A stretch of DNA of 64,000 nucleotides from Gaiellaceae bacterium (GCA_035706005.1 DASSVO010000038.1:1192-65191); one strand, 5' to 3'; positions 8,737 through 18,738 are shown, numbered from the stretch's first letter. Numbers and translations are program-made. The notes: a model not told the origin generated them from the letters alone.

Positions 8737-9261
8737 TCAGCCCTCCCTGTGCTTCAGGTCGCCCTCGCGCTGCTGCGCCTCGGCAAGCGTCAGCCGTCCC
8801 GAGCAGACCTCGTCGTTGAGCTCGTTCTCGATCCTGTCCACGTCGGCCGCACGCGGGTAGGGCTCCGGCCAGAGGTTACGCGGGTCGGTCGGGTGGCCGC
8901 CGAGCTCGAGGCTGATCAGGTGATCCTCCTGGTAGTCGGAGAGCGAGCCCGTCTCTCGGTACTGGCGCATCTGCTTCCGCTTCAGGTCGTTCGTGTACGA
9001 GGTCGGCGGGCGGATCGTCGACGTCCAGCCGTGACGGCAGATCGTGGAGCGGATGTTCGCCTGCGTCACGTCCGGATTGAGGACGCCCGGCGTGCGCACC
9101 GGATCGGCGAGGATCGCGGGCTTCGCGCGCGCATGGCCGCGCGTCAGCACGAGCACGACGGCCGCGACGAGCAGCAGTCCGATGAGGAAGTCGACCGGGG
9201 TGAGCGGCCTCGTCACCCGGGCGACGGTAGGTCGCCCGCCGAGACGCCGCAAGACGCTCAT
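8737..9261 (-). CDS. Membrane-anchored HNH-nuclease-like protein
   Basis: Starts MSVLRRLGG at 9261 (in frame), followed by one TM helix. The C-terminal block reads YQEDHLISLELGGHPTDPRNLWPEP...DEVCSG. Confidence 0.6.
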   Translation of the reverse strand: MSVLRRLGGRPTVARVTRPLTPVDFLIGLLLVAAVVLVLTRGHARAKPAILADPVRTPGVLNPDVTQANIRSTICRHGWTSTIRPPTSYTNDLKRKQMRQYRETGSLSDYQEDHLISLELGGHPTDPRNLWPEPYPRAADVDRIENELNDEVCSGRLTLAEAQQREGDLKHREG

Positions 9262-9297
9262 CGAGCCGTGTCCAGGCGAGGCAGTACGCTCGCGGAC

Positions 9298-10143
9298 ATG
9301 GTCGAGCTGGTCGTTCGCCCCCGCGGTCCGTACTCGCTCGCGCTCTCGGCGCGCCTCGCCGGCGACGCAACGCGCCGGATGCGGGAGGGGCTCGTCACCG
9401 CCCGCTGCGGCGGCGGCGTGGCCTGCGCATGGCAGTCGCCGGACGGCACGGTGACGATCAGATCCGAGTCCCGGGCTGCAGCGGAGAAGCTGCGCTGGAT
9501 GCTCGCGGTCGACGACGACCACTCCGAGTTCCTGCGGCGCTTCGCCGACGACCCGCTGCTCGGCCGCGCCTCCAAGCACCTACGCGGCCTACGGCCGGTG
9601 CGGACGGCGACCGTCGCGCAGGCTCTCCTGCGTGCAGTCTGCGGGCAGCTCGTCGACTGGAAGACGGGACGAAGTCTCGAACGACGTGTGATCCGGGCGC
9701 TCGCGCCGGCCGACGAAGCCGGGCTCAGCGAGGCGCCGTCCTGCACCGCCCTCGCGGCCGTGGCGCCCTTCGAGCTGAGGCGTCTCGGTCTGCACGAGCG
9801 GCGTGGTGCGGCCGTCGTCCGCCTCTGCCGCGGCCTCGAGCTCGAGCGCCTCCACGAGCTGCCGACCGATGCCGTGGTCCGCCGGCTCGAGCGAGAGCGC
9901 GGGCTCGGCCCGTGGTCCGCCGGTGTCGTCTGTCTCGAGGGACTGGGCCGCTACGAGCACGGCCTCGTCGGCGACCTCGGGCTCGTGAAGCTCCTGCGGG
10001 CGCTGCGCGGCCGGCCGGTGGAGGCCTGGGAGACGGCGGAGCTGCTCGAGCCGTACGGCGAGTGGGCAGGTATCGCGAGCGTCTATCTGCTCGCGGGCCT
10101 CGGCCGCGGCCTGATCCCGCTGCCCGCGGCGCGCGCCGCCTAG
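9298..10143 (+). CDS. DNA-3-methyladenine glycosylase II (AlkA-like, HhH-GPD)
   Basis: ATG 9298 (MVELVVRPRGPYSL). Contains GLGPWSAGVVCLEGLGRYEHGLVGDLGLVKL. The upstream part of track ORF 8749..10143 is junk. Confidence 0.75.
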   Translation: MVELVVRPRGPYSLALSARLAGDATRRMREGLVTARCGGGVACAWQSPDGTVTIRSESRAAAEKLRWMLAVDDDHSEFLRRFADDPLLGRASKHLRGLRPVRTATVAQALLRAVCGQLVDWKTGRSLERRVIRALAPADEAGLSEAPSCTALAAVAPFELRRLGLHERRGAAVVRLCRGLELERLHELPTDAVVRRLERERGLGPWSAGVVCLEGLGRYEHGLVGDLGLVKLLRALRGRPVEAWETAELLEPYGEWAGIASVYLLAGLGRGLIPLPAARAA

Positions 10144-10153
10144 GCTTTCCGGC

Positions 10154-10966
10154 ATGAACAGGAAGGTTGCGATCCTCGGCGGCGGCCGGATTGGGGAAGC
10201 CCTGCTCTCCGGCCTGCTCAGCTCCGGGTGGCGCGACACCGCCGAGATCGTCGTCACCGACCGTGGCGAGGAACGCGCCGCAGAGCTGCGCGAGCGGTAC
10301 GGCGTGGACGCGACCGGGGACAACGTCGCCGCCGTTACCGGCGCCGGCCTCGTCGTCGTCGCGGTCAAGCCGCAGGACATCGACGGCTTGCTCGAGACGG
10401 TCGGCGCCCACCTGAGGCCGGAGCAGACGGTCGTCTCGGTCGCGGCCGCCATCCCCACGGCGCACATCGAGGAGCGGATCGCCGAGGGCGTCCCGGTCGT
10501 GCGCGCGATGCCGAACGCGCCGGCGACCGTGCACGAGGGCATGGCCGGCATCTGTGCCGGTGCGCACGCGAGCGACGCGCAGCTCGCGCTCGCGGAAGAG
10601 TTGCTCGCGCACCTCGGCCGCGTCGTGCGTGTGCCGGAGACGGGGATGGACGCGATCACCGCGGTCTCCGGCTCCGGCCCCGCCTACTTTGCGCTGCTCG
10701 CCGAGGCGATGATCGAGGCGGGCATCCTGCTCGGGCTGTCGCGTGAGGTCTCGACGACCCTCGTGGTGCAGACGATGTTCGGGACCGCGAAGCAGCTCCG
10801 CGACCAGGGCATGCATCCGGTCGAGCTGCGCGAGTCGGTCACGTCCCCCGGCGGCACGACGATCGCCGCGATTCGCGAGCTCGAGCAGGCGGGTGTGCGC
10901 GCGGCGTTCCTCAACGCGATCCAGGCGGCCATGGATCGCGCCCGCGAGCTCGCCGAAGGCGGATGA
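10154..10966 (+). CDS. proC: Pyrroline-5-carboxylate reductase
   Basis: KVAILGGGRIGEAL...RAMPNAPATV...SGSGPAYF...SPGGTT. Confidence 0.9.
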   Translation: MNRKVAILGGGRIGEALLSGLLSSGWRDTAEIVVTDRGEERAAELRERYGVDATGDNVAAVTGAGLVVVAVKPQDIDGLLETVGAHLRPEQTVVSVAAAIPTAHIEERIAEGVPVVRAMPNAPATVHEGMAGICAGAHASDAQLALAEELLAHLGRVVRVPETGMDAITAVSGSGPAYFALLAEAMIEAGILLGLSREVSTTLVVQTMFGTAKQLRDQGMHPVELRESVTSPGGTTIAAIRELEQAGVRAAFLNAIQAAMDRARELAEGG

Positions 10967-11646
10967 GCGCGGTCGACATCACGGTCGTCGGGGAGGCGGA
11001 GGAAGCCGCTCGCGTCGTCGCAGAACGGCTCGCCGAACAGGCGCGCGCCGGCGGCAGCATCGTCCTCACCGGCGGCTCGACCCCGCGCCGCGCCTACGAG
11101 CTCGCCGCCGAGCTCGAGCCGGACTGGAGCGGCGTCGAGCTCTGGTGGGGAGACGAGCGCTGCGTTCCGCCCGACGACGAGAACTCGAACTACGCCATGG
11201 CGAATGCGGCGCTACTCGACCGGCTCGCCGCGCAACCGGCCGCTGTCCACCGCATGCAGGGCGAGCTCGGCCCAGAGGCCGGCGCCGAGGAGTACGCGAG
11301 TGAGCTCGGTGGGGTGGGCACGTTCGACCTCGTCCTGCTCGGCCTAGGCCCCGACGGACACATCGCGTCCCTCTTCCCGAACTTCCCCACCCTCGACGTG
11401 ACCGACCGCGACGTCCTCGGCTCCGAAGCGGGGCACGAGCCGTTCGTGGACCGGATCTCCATGACGCTGCCGCGGCTCAGCGCGACGCGCGAGCTGCTCT
11501 TCCTCGTCGCGGGCGGGGACAAGGCCGACGCTGTCGCGCGAGCGCTCGCCGGAGAGCCGTCCCACGCGACGCCGGGCAGCCTCGCGCGTGCGGCCGACGG
11601 GTTGACGCGCGCGATCCTCGACCGCGCGGCCGCCGCGGAGCTCTAG
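10963..11646 (+). CDS. pgl: 6-phosphogluconolactonase
   Basis: LTGGSTPRRAYE...WWGDERCVPPDDENSN...LGLGPDGHIASLFP. ATGA overlap with proC. Confidence 0.9.
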   Translation: MSAVDITVVGEAEEAARVVAERLAEQARAGGSIVLTGGSTPRRAYELAAELEPDWSGVELWWGDERCVPPDDENSNYAMANAALLDRLAAQPAAVHRMQGELGPEAGAEEYASELGGVGTFDLVLLGLGPDGHIASLFPNFPTLDVTDRDVLGSEAGHEPFVDRISMTLPRLSATRELLFLVAGGDKADAVARALAGEPSHATPGSLARAADGLTRAILDRAAAAEL

Positions 11647-12239
11647 ACGAGGCCGCGGGCGGTCGCGAGCGCGTCGAGCGCGAGCGCCGTGTCGGGGACC
11701 GGGACGTCCTCGAGCCAGGCGTCCCGCTCCTCGAACGAGCGCCGCACCGCGGCGACCGCAACGCGGTAGCCCTCCGCGTCGTGCGCGGCGAGCGCCGCAA
11801 GCGAGGCGGCGACGTCGCTCGGGAATCCCTCGCCGAGGCTCGCCGCGAGGGCGCCTGCCTCCGCGTCCCGACCGAGCACGAGGAGCGCGAGTGCGCCTGC
11901 GTAACGGCCAATCGCCGAGCCCGCCCGCACGGCTCCCGCGTCGAGCGCCCAGCGGGCCGCCTCGGTCGCGTCCTCCCCGGCGACGAGCAGCGCCTTCGTC
12001 GCACCGATCAGCCGTCCCCACGCGTCCGTCGCCTCGCCGGCGTCCCAGCTCTCGCGATACCGCGTAGCCGACCGCACCAGCCACGTGCGAGCGCCCTCGC
12101 GGTCGCCGGTCATGAGCAGCGAGAGGCCGGCCGCCCAGGCCGCGTTCGCGAGCTGCACGAGCTGCCGCTCGTCGAGCTCGCGCGTCTCCCCGCCGGCATA
12201 GCGCGCCGCCGCGCTCTCGTACCGCTCGCGCCATTCCAC
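11643..12239 (-). CDS. Hypothetical Ala-rich helical protein
   Basis: 198-aa ORF with strong GC3 bias and a non-junk composition. I recognise no domain. Confidence 0.5.
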   Translation of the reverse strand: MEWRERYESAAARYAGGETRELDERQLVQLANAAWAAGLSLLMTGDREGARTWLVRSATRYRESWDAGEATDAWGRLIGATKALLVAGEDATEAARWALDAGAVRAGSAIGRYAGALALLVLGRDAEAGALAASLGEGFPSDVAASLAALAAHDAEGYRVAVAAVRRSFEERDAWLEDVPVPDTALALDALATARGLV

Positions 12240-12264
12240 CCGCGCAGACTAGGCTCGACCGCAC

Positions 12265-12855
12265 ATGGCCGACGACGACTGGCGCATCCGCATCGAGGTC
12301 GAGGAGGAGGAGCACGCCGCCGGCCTGCTCGAGCGGCTCGCGGGCGAGCTCGACTCCGAAGCGCGGGAGCTCGCACAGGATCTCGAGGCACGCCGGCTCG
12401 CGGTCTCGCGCGACGGCGACACCGTCTTCGTCTACGCCGCGACTCGCGCCGCGGCCGAGAGCGCGCATGCGGTCGCCGAGGCCGAGCTGCGGAAGCAGGG
12501 CTTCGCCGCTCGCGCGAGCCGGATCGAGCACTGGGTCGACGAGGAGGATCGCTGGGACGACGAGCCGCCGGGCGAGACGTGGGAGGAGGAAGAGCTCGAG
12601 CGGGGCTTCGCCCCCTGGGAGGTGCGCGTCGAATCCTCGTCGCGGCAGGAGGCGCGTGAGCTCGCTGAGCGGCTCGAGGGCGAGGGCTACAAGCCCGAAC
12701 GACGCTTCAACTACGTGATCGTCGGCACCGCGAGCCGCGAGGACGCGGACGCGCTGGCGGCCCGCCTCCACGGCGAGGTCGAGGGAGGAGGCGAGCTCGT
12801 CTGGGAGGCGAGCCGCGCCAATCCCTTCGCCGTATTCGGCGGCCTGGGCCTGTAG
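12265..12855 (+). CDS. Hypothetical acidic protein
   Basis: 196 aa with coding-like GC3 bias. I recognise no domain. Confidence 0.5.
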   Translation: MADDDWRIRIEVEEEEHAAGLLERLAGELDSEARELAQDLEARRLAVSRDGDTVFVYAATRAAAESAHAVAEAELRKQGFAARASRIEHWVDEEDRWDDEPPGETWEEEELERGFAPWEVRVESSSRQEARELAERLEGEGYKPERRFNYVIVGTASREDADALAARLHGEVEGGGELVWEASRANPFAVFGGLGL

Positions 12856-12970
12856 TCGGCATTGACGACGGCCCGAGAGCGGGTATTCTTCAGAAGCGCC
12901 GCTCGCCCAGGGGAAGTCAGCCGAGCGCGCATCTCTTGAAGGACGGGCAGCACCGAAGCGTGCTGCGCAT

Positions 12971-15490
12971 ATGCAGGAAGCGATTCAGCAGCCGACCAGC
13001 TCAACACTGGAGGCGGCAGACCCCGTAGTTGCCGCCGCCGTCCGCGCGGAAGCGTGGGCGGGAGAGCCGTTCGTCCGTGAGGGCGAGGATCCTGCCGAGG
13101 CGCTCGCGGAGGGCACAGCGCGCCGTCGTGCGCTCGACGAGGCGCTCGCCGAGATCGACGCCGGGCGGAAGACGCCGTCGCCCCAGTGGAAGGTCCGCTA
13201 CGGCCTCCTCCTCGGTCTCGAGCGCGTCCTCGCCGAGCCCGAGCCTCGCACCGCCACCGGCACCGCGCTCCGCCGCCACCAGGTCGACGCGCTCGCCGGG
13301 ATGCTCACCGAGCTGATCGCCGCGAGCCAGCGTTACGACGAGGCAAACGGAAACGGGAACGGCAACGGCCACACGGCAAGCGCCGAGGAGCTCGAGCTGC
13401 AAAAAGTCGAGGACGAGGACGAGGACTCGACCCTCGTCGTCGAGATCGAAGACGCGGAGCTCCCGGAGGAGCCGGAGCAGGACGACCCGGGGGCCGTGCG
13501 CCGCTACCGGTTCCGCCACCCGACCGCGTCGGGGAAGACGATCGCCGCGGCGGGCTTCGTCGAGGCGGCCCGCACGCTCGGTGTGCTGATCCTCACGCAC
13601 CGCCGCCTGCTCGTCTCCCAGTTCACGCGCGACCTCACGACCGAGGGCTACGGCAAGCGCCTCACCGACGTGATCACGCGCGACAGCCGCAGCGCCAAGA
13701 AGGCCCCGCTCACGATCCAGACGTACGCCTGGTTCGCACGGCATGTCGAATCGGTCGAGCGCGACGCCTACCAGCTCGTGATCTGCGACGAGGCGCACAC
13801 GGCCCTCGGTGAGAAGACCTCGGCGGCGATCCGCTCCTTCCCCGAGCCGATCTACATCGGCATGACGGCGACCGAGCAGCTGATCGCGAAGCAGGTCTCC
13901 GACGTCTTCCCCGCCTCGGTCGACGACCTGCCGCTGCAGGACGCGGCGCGCCGCGGCCTGATCGCGCCGCTCCGCGACCTGCGCGTGCCGCCGGTGGCGG
14001 CGATCAACTCCGTGCCGATCGTCGGCGGCGACTTCGACCAGGAGATCCTCGCCAAGACCCTCGACCACCAGGCGCTCAACCAGGCCGCCGCGAGCCTCTA
14101 CCGCGACCGCTTCGACAACACGCCGGGCATCGTCTACGCCGCCGGCGTCGACCACGCGTACAACCTCGCGACGGAGTTCCGCGCGGCCGGGCTGAAAGCG
14201 GAGGCGGTCTCGGGACGGACGCCGCCGGTGCGCCTCGCCGAGACGCTCGCCGCCTACGAGCGCGGCGAGATCAACGTGCTCATCAACGCGCAGCTGCTCG
14301 CGGAGGGGTGGAACTCCCCACGCGCGACCGTCTGCATGCACCTCGCTCCGACCGCTTCGCGCCGTGTGTACCAGCAGCGGATCGGCCGCATCATGCGCCT
14401 CCACCCGCGCAAGGAGGCGGGCATCGTCGTCGACTTCGTCCCGAAGGGCGCGACGCACAACGAGAGGGTGGTCTCGCTCCACTCGCTCCTCGACGCCGAC
14501 TTCTACCGCGAGGGTGCCCGCGTCACCCCGGCTCCCCGCCGCCGCTCCCAGAGACGCGCCCGCCGCCGGCTCACCCCGGCACCGTGGCTCGTGCCGGTCA
14601 CACCCGACGTCCGCCGCCGCATCGGCGTCATCCAGCGCGAATGGCAGCGCATCGATCCCAAGTACCTCGACGAGGACGAGCAGCGCTACTGGGCGACGAT
14701 CGCCGGACGCCAGATCCGTTTCGACGAGCGCGCGTCCTTCGTCCAGAAGCTGACCGACCGGAGCGCGAGCAAGGCGGCGCTCGAGCAGTTCCTGACGACG
14801 GCCGCCGCCGAGAACCCGAACCGGCGGCTGCGGATGATGGCGCTGCAGGACCGCGTCTCGATGCGCGTCGAGCGCGCCGACTTCGACGACCTCGTCACGC
14901 TCGTGACGCAGGCGCCGACATGGGAGAAGGAGCGGCTGCCGGGCATCCGCACCCTTCTGCGCGCAATCGGCGAGGAGAAGCCGGACGCGCCCGAGCAGAT
15001 CCTCGCCCGCTGGACGTGGCGGCTCGCACGTGCGACGAGGAAGGTGCAGGACCGCCGCGCGTCGGCGGAGTATCCGGAAGCGAAGCGCCTGCTCGGCGCG
15101 CTCGCGAACTCGCGCGGGCATCGGCACGAGGAGAACGCCGCGAAGCTCGTCCAGGCGGCGCTCGAGCTGCCGCTGCAGGTGGGCGCCGCGCTTCTCGCCT
15201 CGGCGGAGGGCTACACGCCGCGCGCGGCGAAGCTCATCGACGAGGCACGGGAGCGGCTCGGCTCGATCCAGGAGGTCGCGGTCGCGCTGTCGGAGAACCT
15301 GCCCGCGCCGAAGCAGGGCGGCGGCCGCAGCAGGCGGCGCCGGCGGCGGAGGCGGAAGGGCGGCGCCGGGAACGCGGCAGCGTCGGCGGCGAAGCCGAAG
15401 CAGGAGAAGCAGCAGAAGCAGGACAAGCCTGCCAAGACAGCGCCGGCCGCCGACAAGGCCGCCGCCGAAGATACTCGGTCATCGAGCTAG
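12971..15490 (+). CDS. SF2 DEAD/DEAH-box (ResIII-type) helicase with a long C-terminal extension
   Basis: Motif I HPTASGKT, motif II VICDEAHT, motif III MTATEQ, motif VI QRIGRIMR. Lys/Arg/Ala-rich tail [16 protein letters not shown]...KPKQEKQQKQDKPAK. Confidence 0.85.
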   Translation: MQEAIQQPTSSTLEAADPVVAAAVRAEAWAGEPFVREGEDPAEALAEGTARRRALDEALAEIDAGRKTPSPQWKVRYGLLLGLERVLAEPEPRTATGTALRRHQVDALAGMLTELIAASQRYDEANGNGNGNGHTASAEELELQKVEDEDEDSTLVVEIEDAELPEEPEQDDPGAVRRYRFRHPTASGKTIAAAGFVEAARTLGVLILTHRRLLVSQFTRDLTTEGYGKRLTDVITRDSRSAKKAPLTIQTYAWFARHVESVERDAYQLVICDEAHTALGEKTSAAIRSFPEPIYIGMTATEQLIAKQVSDVFPASVDDLPLQDAARRGLIAPLRDLRVPPVAAINSVPIVGGDFDQEILAKTLDHQALNQAAASLYRDRFDNTPGIVYAAGVDHAYNLATEFRAAGLKAEAVSGRTPPVRLAETLAAYERGEINVLINAQLLAEGWNSPRATVCMHLAPTASRRVYQQRIGRIMRLHPRKEAGIVVDFVPKGATHNERVVSLHSLLDADFYREGARVTPAPRRRSQRRARRRLTPAPWLVPVTPDVRRRIGVIQREWQRIDPKYLDEDEQRYWATIAGRQIRFDERASFVQKLTDRSASKAALEQFLTTAAAENPNRRLRMMALQDRVSMRVERADFDDLVTLVTQAPTWEKERLPGIRTLLRAIGEEKPDAPEQILARWTWRLARATRKVQDRRASAEYPEAKRLLGALANSRGHRHEENAAKLVQAALELPLQVGAALLASAEGYTPRAAKLIDEARERLGSIQEVAVALSENLPAPKQGGGRSRRRRRRRRKGGAGNAAASAAKPKQEKQQKQDKPAKTAPAADKAAAEDTRSSS

Positions 15491-15840
15491 ATCACGTCCA
15501 GCTCGCGGCCCCGCCCGGCTGCGAGGCCGAGGCGCGGCGGTTCTTCGGCGAGCTCCTCGGCCTCGCCGAGGTGGACAAGCCCGAGCCGCTGCGTTCGCGG
15601 GGCGGCGTCTGGTTCGCCCTCGGCGGCGGTGGTCAGCTCCACGTCGGCGTGGCGGAGCCGTTCGCGCCGGCGCGCAAGGCGCATCCCGCGTTCCGACTCC
15701 CTGCCGAGCAGCTCGACGAGCTCGCACGCCGGTTGGAGGCTGCGGGCGAGCGCGTCGAGTGGGACGAGACGCTTCCAGGCACGCGCCGCTTCTACACGGC
15801 GGATCCCTGGGGCAACCGGCTCGAGCTGCTGGCCGGCTAG
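15481..15840 (+). CDS. VOC/glyoxalase family protein (start codon unresolved)
   Basis: The domain IELDHVQLAAPPGCEAEARRFFGELLGL...ADPWGNRLELL begins at 15481. There is no ATG/GTG/TTG between the helicase tail and the first beta-strand. 15481 is ATC. Confidence 0.65.
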   Translation: MELDHVQLAAPPGCEAEARRFFGELLGLAEVDKPEPLRSRGGVWFALGGGGQLHVGVAEPFAPARKAHPAFRLPAEQLDELARRLEAAGERVEWDETLPGTRRFYTADPWGNRLELLAG

Positions 15841-16733
15841 GAGGCCGGCCCGCCGGCGCTCTCGCCGGCGTCGTCGCCATCCTGCTCCCGTTCGCGGAGG
15901 AAGCGGGTCAGCTCGGCGGCGAGGCTCTCACCCGACGGAAGTTCCTCGGCCGCTTCCATCATGTCGACGCGCTGCTCGAGCTCCTCGACGTACGCCGCGG
16001 TCTCGGCGTCGGAGGCGACCGCCTCGGTGACCTGCTCGCTGTATTCCTCTGCCGCCTGCTCGAGCTCGGCGAGGTCGATCTCGGTCTCGACCAGCTCGCC
16101 GAGGCGGCGGCAGAGCGCGAGCGCGGCGCGGGGGCTCGGGGCGAGCGAGACGTAGTGCGGCACGGCCGCCCACAGGCTCACCGACGCAATGCCCTCCTTC
16201 CGGCAGGCGTCGAGGAGCACGCCGACGATCCCGGTCGGCCCTTCGTAGCGCGACGGCTCGACCCCGAGCTCCTCGACGAGGGCGGGATCACTCGCGGCTG
16301 CGCTCACCGGAGCCGGCCGCGTGTGCGGCACGTCGGCGAGCAGCGACCCGAGGGTGACGACGAGCTCGACGCCGACGTCTTGCACCAGCTCGAGCACGAG
16401 GTTCGCGTACGTCTTCCAGCGGAGGTTGGGCTCGACCCCGAGCAGGATCACGGCGTCGCGGTCGAGGCCTGGGATCGGCGCGTGCATGAACGTGTTCGCG
16501 GGCCATTCGAGCTTCCGCGTCAGCCCGTCCTCGAGCGAGACGTGCGGCCGGACGGCCTGGAAGTCGTAGAAGTTCTCGGGGTCGATCTCCGCGAACGACT
16601 CGGCGCCCCATTGCCGTGCGAGGTACCCACCGCCGAGCGTCGCCCCCTGGCCGCCGTCGTTCCAGCCCCGGAACGCAGCGACGAGGACCGGACGGCGAAG
16701 GTCGGGCCGCGCGGAGACGATCAGCTCCGACAT
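15837..16733 (-). CDS. PAC2 family (proteasome assembly chaperone-like) protein
   Basis: 298 aa: VLVAAFRGWNDGGQGAT...YEGPTGIVGVL, followed by an acidic tail. Confidence 0.8.
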   Translation of the reverse strand: MSELIVSARPDLRRPVLVAAFRGWNDGGQGATLGGGYLARQWGAESFAEIDPENFYDFQAVRPHVSLEDGLTRKLEWPANTFMHAPIPGLDRDAVILLGVEPNLRWKTYANLVLELVQDVGVELVVTLGSLLADVPHTRPAPVSAAASDPALVEELGVEPSRYEGPTGIVGVLLDACRKEGIASVSLWAAVPHYVSLAPSPRAALALCRRLGELVETEIDLAELEQAAEEYSEQVTEAVASDAETAAYVEELEQRVDMMEAAEELPSGESLAAELTRFLREREQDGDDAGESAGGPAS

Positions 16734-16742
16734 TCTCGGAGT

Positions 16743-17675
16743 CTAGTCCGCAGCTACCGGGCGCCAGAGGCGCGCGACGAGGCCCACCGTCCAGCCGACC
16801 AGGGTCGCCGCCGTTGCGACGTGCAGGAGGACGAGCCACCACGGCACGTCTCCGTAGGTTCGGTACTGCACCTCGCCGATCACCAGCTGCGCGGCGAGGA
16901 TCGCAATCAGCCCGACGCAGCCGCGGAGCAGCCAGGGATACGCCTGACGCCGGGTCCACGCCCAGCCCGCGAGGACGAGGAAGACAATCCCGAACACGGC
17001 GACGGCACGCACGTGCCAGTAGACCGCGGGGTAGAAGTGGCCGAGCCGCGGCACGACCTTCGTGCCCGAGCTGCCCGGGAAGCGGCCCGCGGCGGTCGCC
17101 GCCGTTCCGCTCACCGCGAGCACGACCACGGACGTGACGAGGACGAGCCCGCCGAGCCGCGCGATCGCGGGCAGCGCGCTCCCGCCGCCGCGGGCGAGGC
17201 GCGACGCTTCGAGCAGCGTGACCACCGCGAGCGAGACGAGCGTGAACGAGAGCAGGAGATGCGTGATCACGAGGTACGGGTTCAGGTCGTAGTAGACGGT
17301 GATCGCGCCGAGCGGCGCCTGCGCGAGCGTCCCCACAAAGACGGCGGTCGCCAGCCACCGCCCGCGGCGCCCCAGTCCGCGCGTGCGCCACGCAGCGACG
17401 CCGAGAGCGAGAGTCGTGAACACCGTGATCGCGGAGACGACACGGTTTCCGAACTCGATGTACGAGTGGTAGGTCTGAGGCAGAGCATGCTGTGTCGTAC
17501 AGGTCGGCCATTCGGGACAGCCGAGCCCGGACCCCGTGAGGCGGACGGTCGCTCCCGACCCGACGATGAGGATGAGCACGCCGACCGCCGCGAGCGCGAC
17601 GCGACGGAAGACGACCGGGGAGACCGTCAGGGCAAGCCGGCGCGGCAATGCAGCCGATACGGACCCCGTGTCCAC
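16743..17675 (-). CDS. ctaA: Heme A synthase (COX15/CtaA)
   Basis: Multi-TM protein with VRLTGSGLGCPEWPTC and HSYIEFGNR motifs. Confidence 0.85.
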   Translation of the reverse strand: MDTGSVSAALPRRLALTVSPVVFRRVALAAVGVLILIVGSGATVRLTGSGLGCPEWPTCTTQHALPQTYHSYIEFGNRVVSAITVFTTLALGVAAWRTRGLGRRGRWLATAVFVGTLAQAPLGAITVYYDLNPYLVITHLLLSFTLVSLAVVTLLEASRLARGGGSALPAIARLGGLVLVTSVVVLAVSGTAATAAGRFPGSSGTKVVPRLGHFYPAVYWHVRAVAVFGIVFLVLAGWAWTRRQAYPWLLRGCVGLIAILAAQLVIGEVQYRTYGDVPWWLVLLHVATAATLVGWTVGLVARLWRPVAAD

Positions 17676-17705
17676 GACCTGAGTGTAGAGCGCTTTCTCC
17701 GCTCG

Positions 17706-18719
17706 CTACGGCTCGAGCACGACGCCGGCGCCTTCCTCCACCACACCCACCCGGGCGAGGAAGAGGCCCGCGCGCCCGAACTCCGCCTCGAGCGAAAGAG
17801 CCTTCTCGGCCGGCAGCGTCACGAGCAACCCGCCCGCGGTCTGGGCGTCGTAGGCGAGTGCGAGCAACTCGTCCGGCACGCCGTCGCTCGCCACGTGGGC
17901 GCCTGCGAAGTCGCGGTTCCGGGGATCGCCGCCGGTGCGGACGCCGTCACGCGCAGCCTCCACCGCTCCTTCGAGGGCCGGCAGCGCGGAGGCACGGAGC
18001 CGGATACGAACGCCGCTCCGTTCCGCCGTCTCGTGCGCGTGGCCGAGCAGCCCGAAGCCGGTGACGTCGGTCACCGCGTGCGGCGAGAAGGACCGCAGGA
18101 TCTCGGCCGCGCGATCGTTGAGCGTCGTCATCCAGCGCGCCGCCTCCGCAAGATCCCCCTTCGTCGCCAGCACGAGCCCGGTGCCGAGCGGCTTGGTCAG
18201 GAAGACGGCGTCTCCGGGCCGGGCGCCGCTCTTGACCCACACGCCGTCCGGATGCACCGTGCCGACCACCGCGAGGCCGTACTTCGGTTCGACGTCGCGA
18301 ATCGTGTGGCCGCCGGCGAGGATCGCACCTGCGGCCCGCACGGCCTCGTCCGCCCCCCTGAAGACCGCCGAGACGAGGTCGGTCGCGAGCTCCTCCGGAA
18401 AGGCCGCGATCGAGAGCGCGAGCAGCGGCGTCCCGCCCATTGCGAAGACGTCGTTGAGCGCGTTCGTCGCGGCGATCCGGCCGAACAGCGCGGGATCGTC
18501 GACGAGAGGCGGGAAGAAGTCCACGGTGAAGACGAGCGCGCGCTCGGCGTCGAGCCGGTAGACGGCGGCGTCGTCGGCGGGATCGAGGCCGACGAGGAGG
18601 TCCTCCGCCTCCGCCGGGACGAAGCCTTTCAGCAGCTCCTCGAGCCGCGCGGCGGAGTACTTCGCCGCACATCCTCCGCCGACGGTGAGGCTCGTCAGTC
18701 CGGCCGCTTCGGTCTCCAC
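17706..18719 (-). CDS. selD: Selenide, water dikinase (Cys-type)
   Basis: GTG 18719 is in frame. N-terminal LTSLTVGGGCAAKYS has Cys at the Sec/Cys position. Also DPALFGRIAATNALNDVFAMGG and TDVTGFGLLGHA. A longer start would overlap the divergent SDR gene. Confidence 0.9.
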   Translation of the reverse strand: METEAAGLTSLTVGGGCAAKYSAARLEELLKGFVPAEAEDLLVGLDPADDAAVYRLDAERALVFTVDFFPPLVDDPALFGRIAATNALNDVFAMGGTPLLALSIAAFPEELATDLVSAVFRGADEAVRAAGAILAGGHTIRDVEPKYGLAVVGTVHPDGVWVKSGARPGDAVFLTKPLGTGLVLATKGDLAEAARWMTTLNDRAAEILRSFSPHAVTDVTGFGLLGHAHETAERSGVRIRLRASALPALEGAVEAARDGVRTGGDPRNRDFAGAHVASDGVPDELLALAYDAQTAGGLLVTLPAEKALSLEAEFGRAGLFLARVGVVEEGAGVVLEP

Positions 18720-18738
18720 GCCGTTTACTGTAGGCCGA

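Noticed and set aside
767-15490. A phage-defence island (AlbA_2/Schlafen-like ATPase, HNH-like nuclease, SF2 helicase)
   Set aside because: The three genes are separated by housekeeping genes (korAB, proC, pgl) and are not in one operon. No partner genes of known defence systems are recognisable, so the grouping is probably coincidental.
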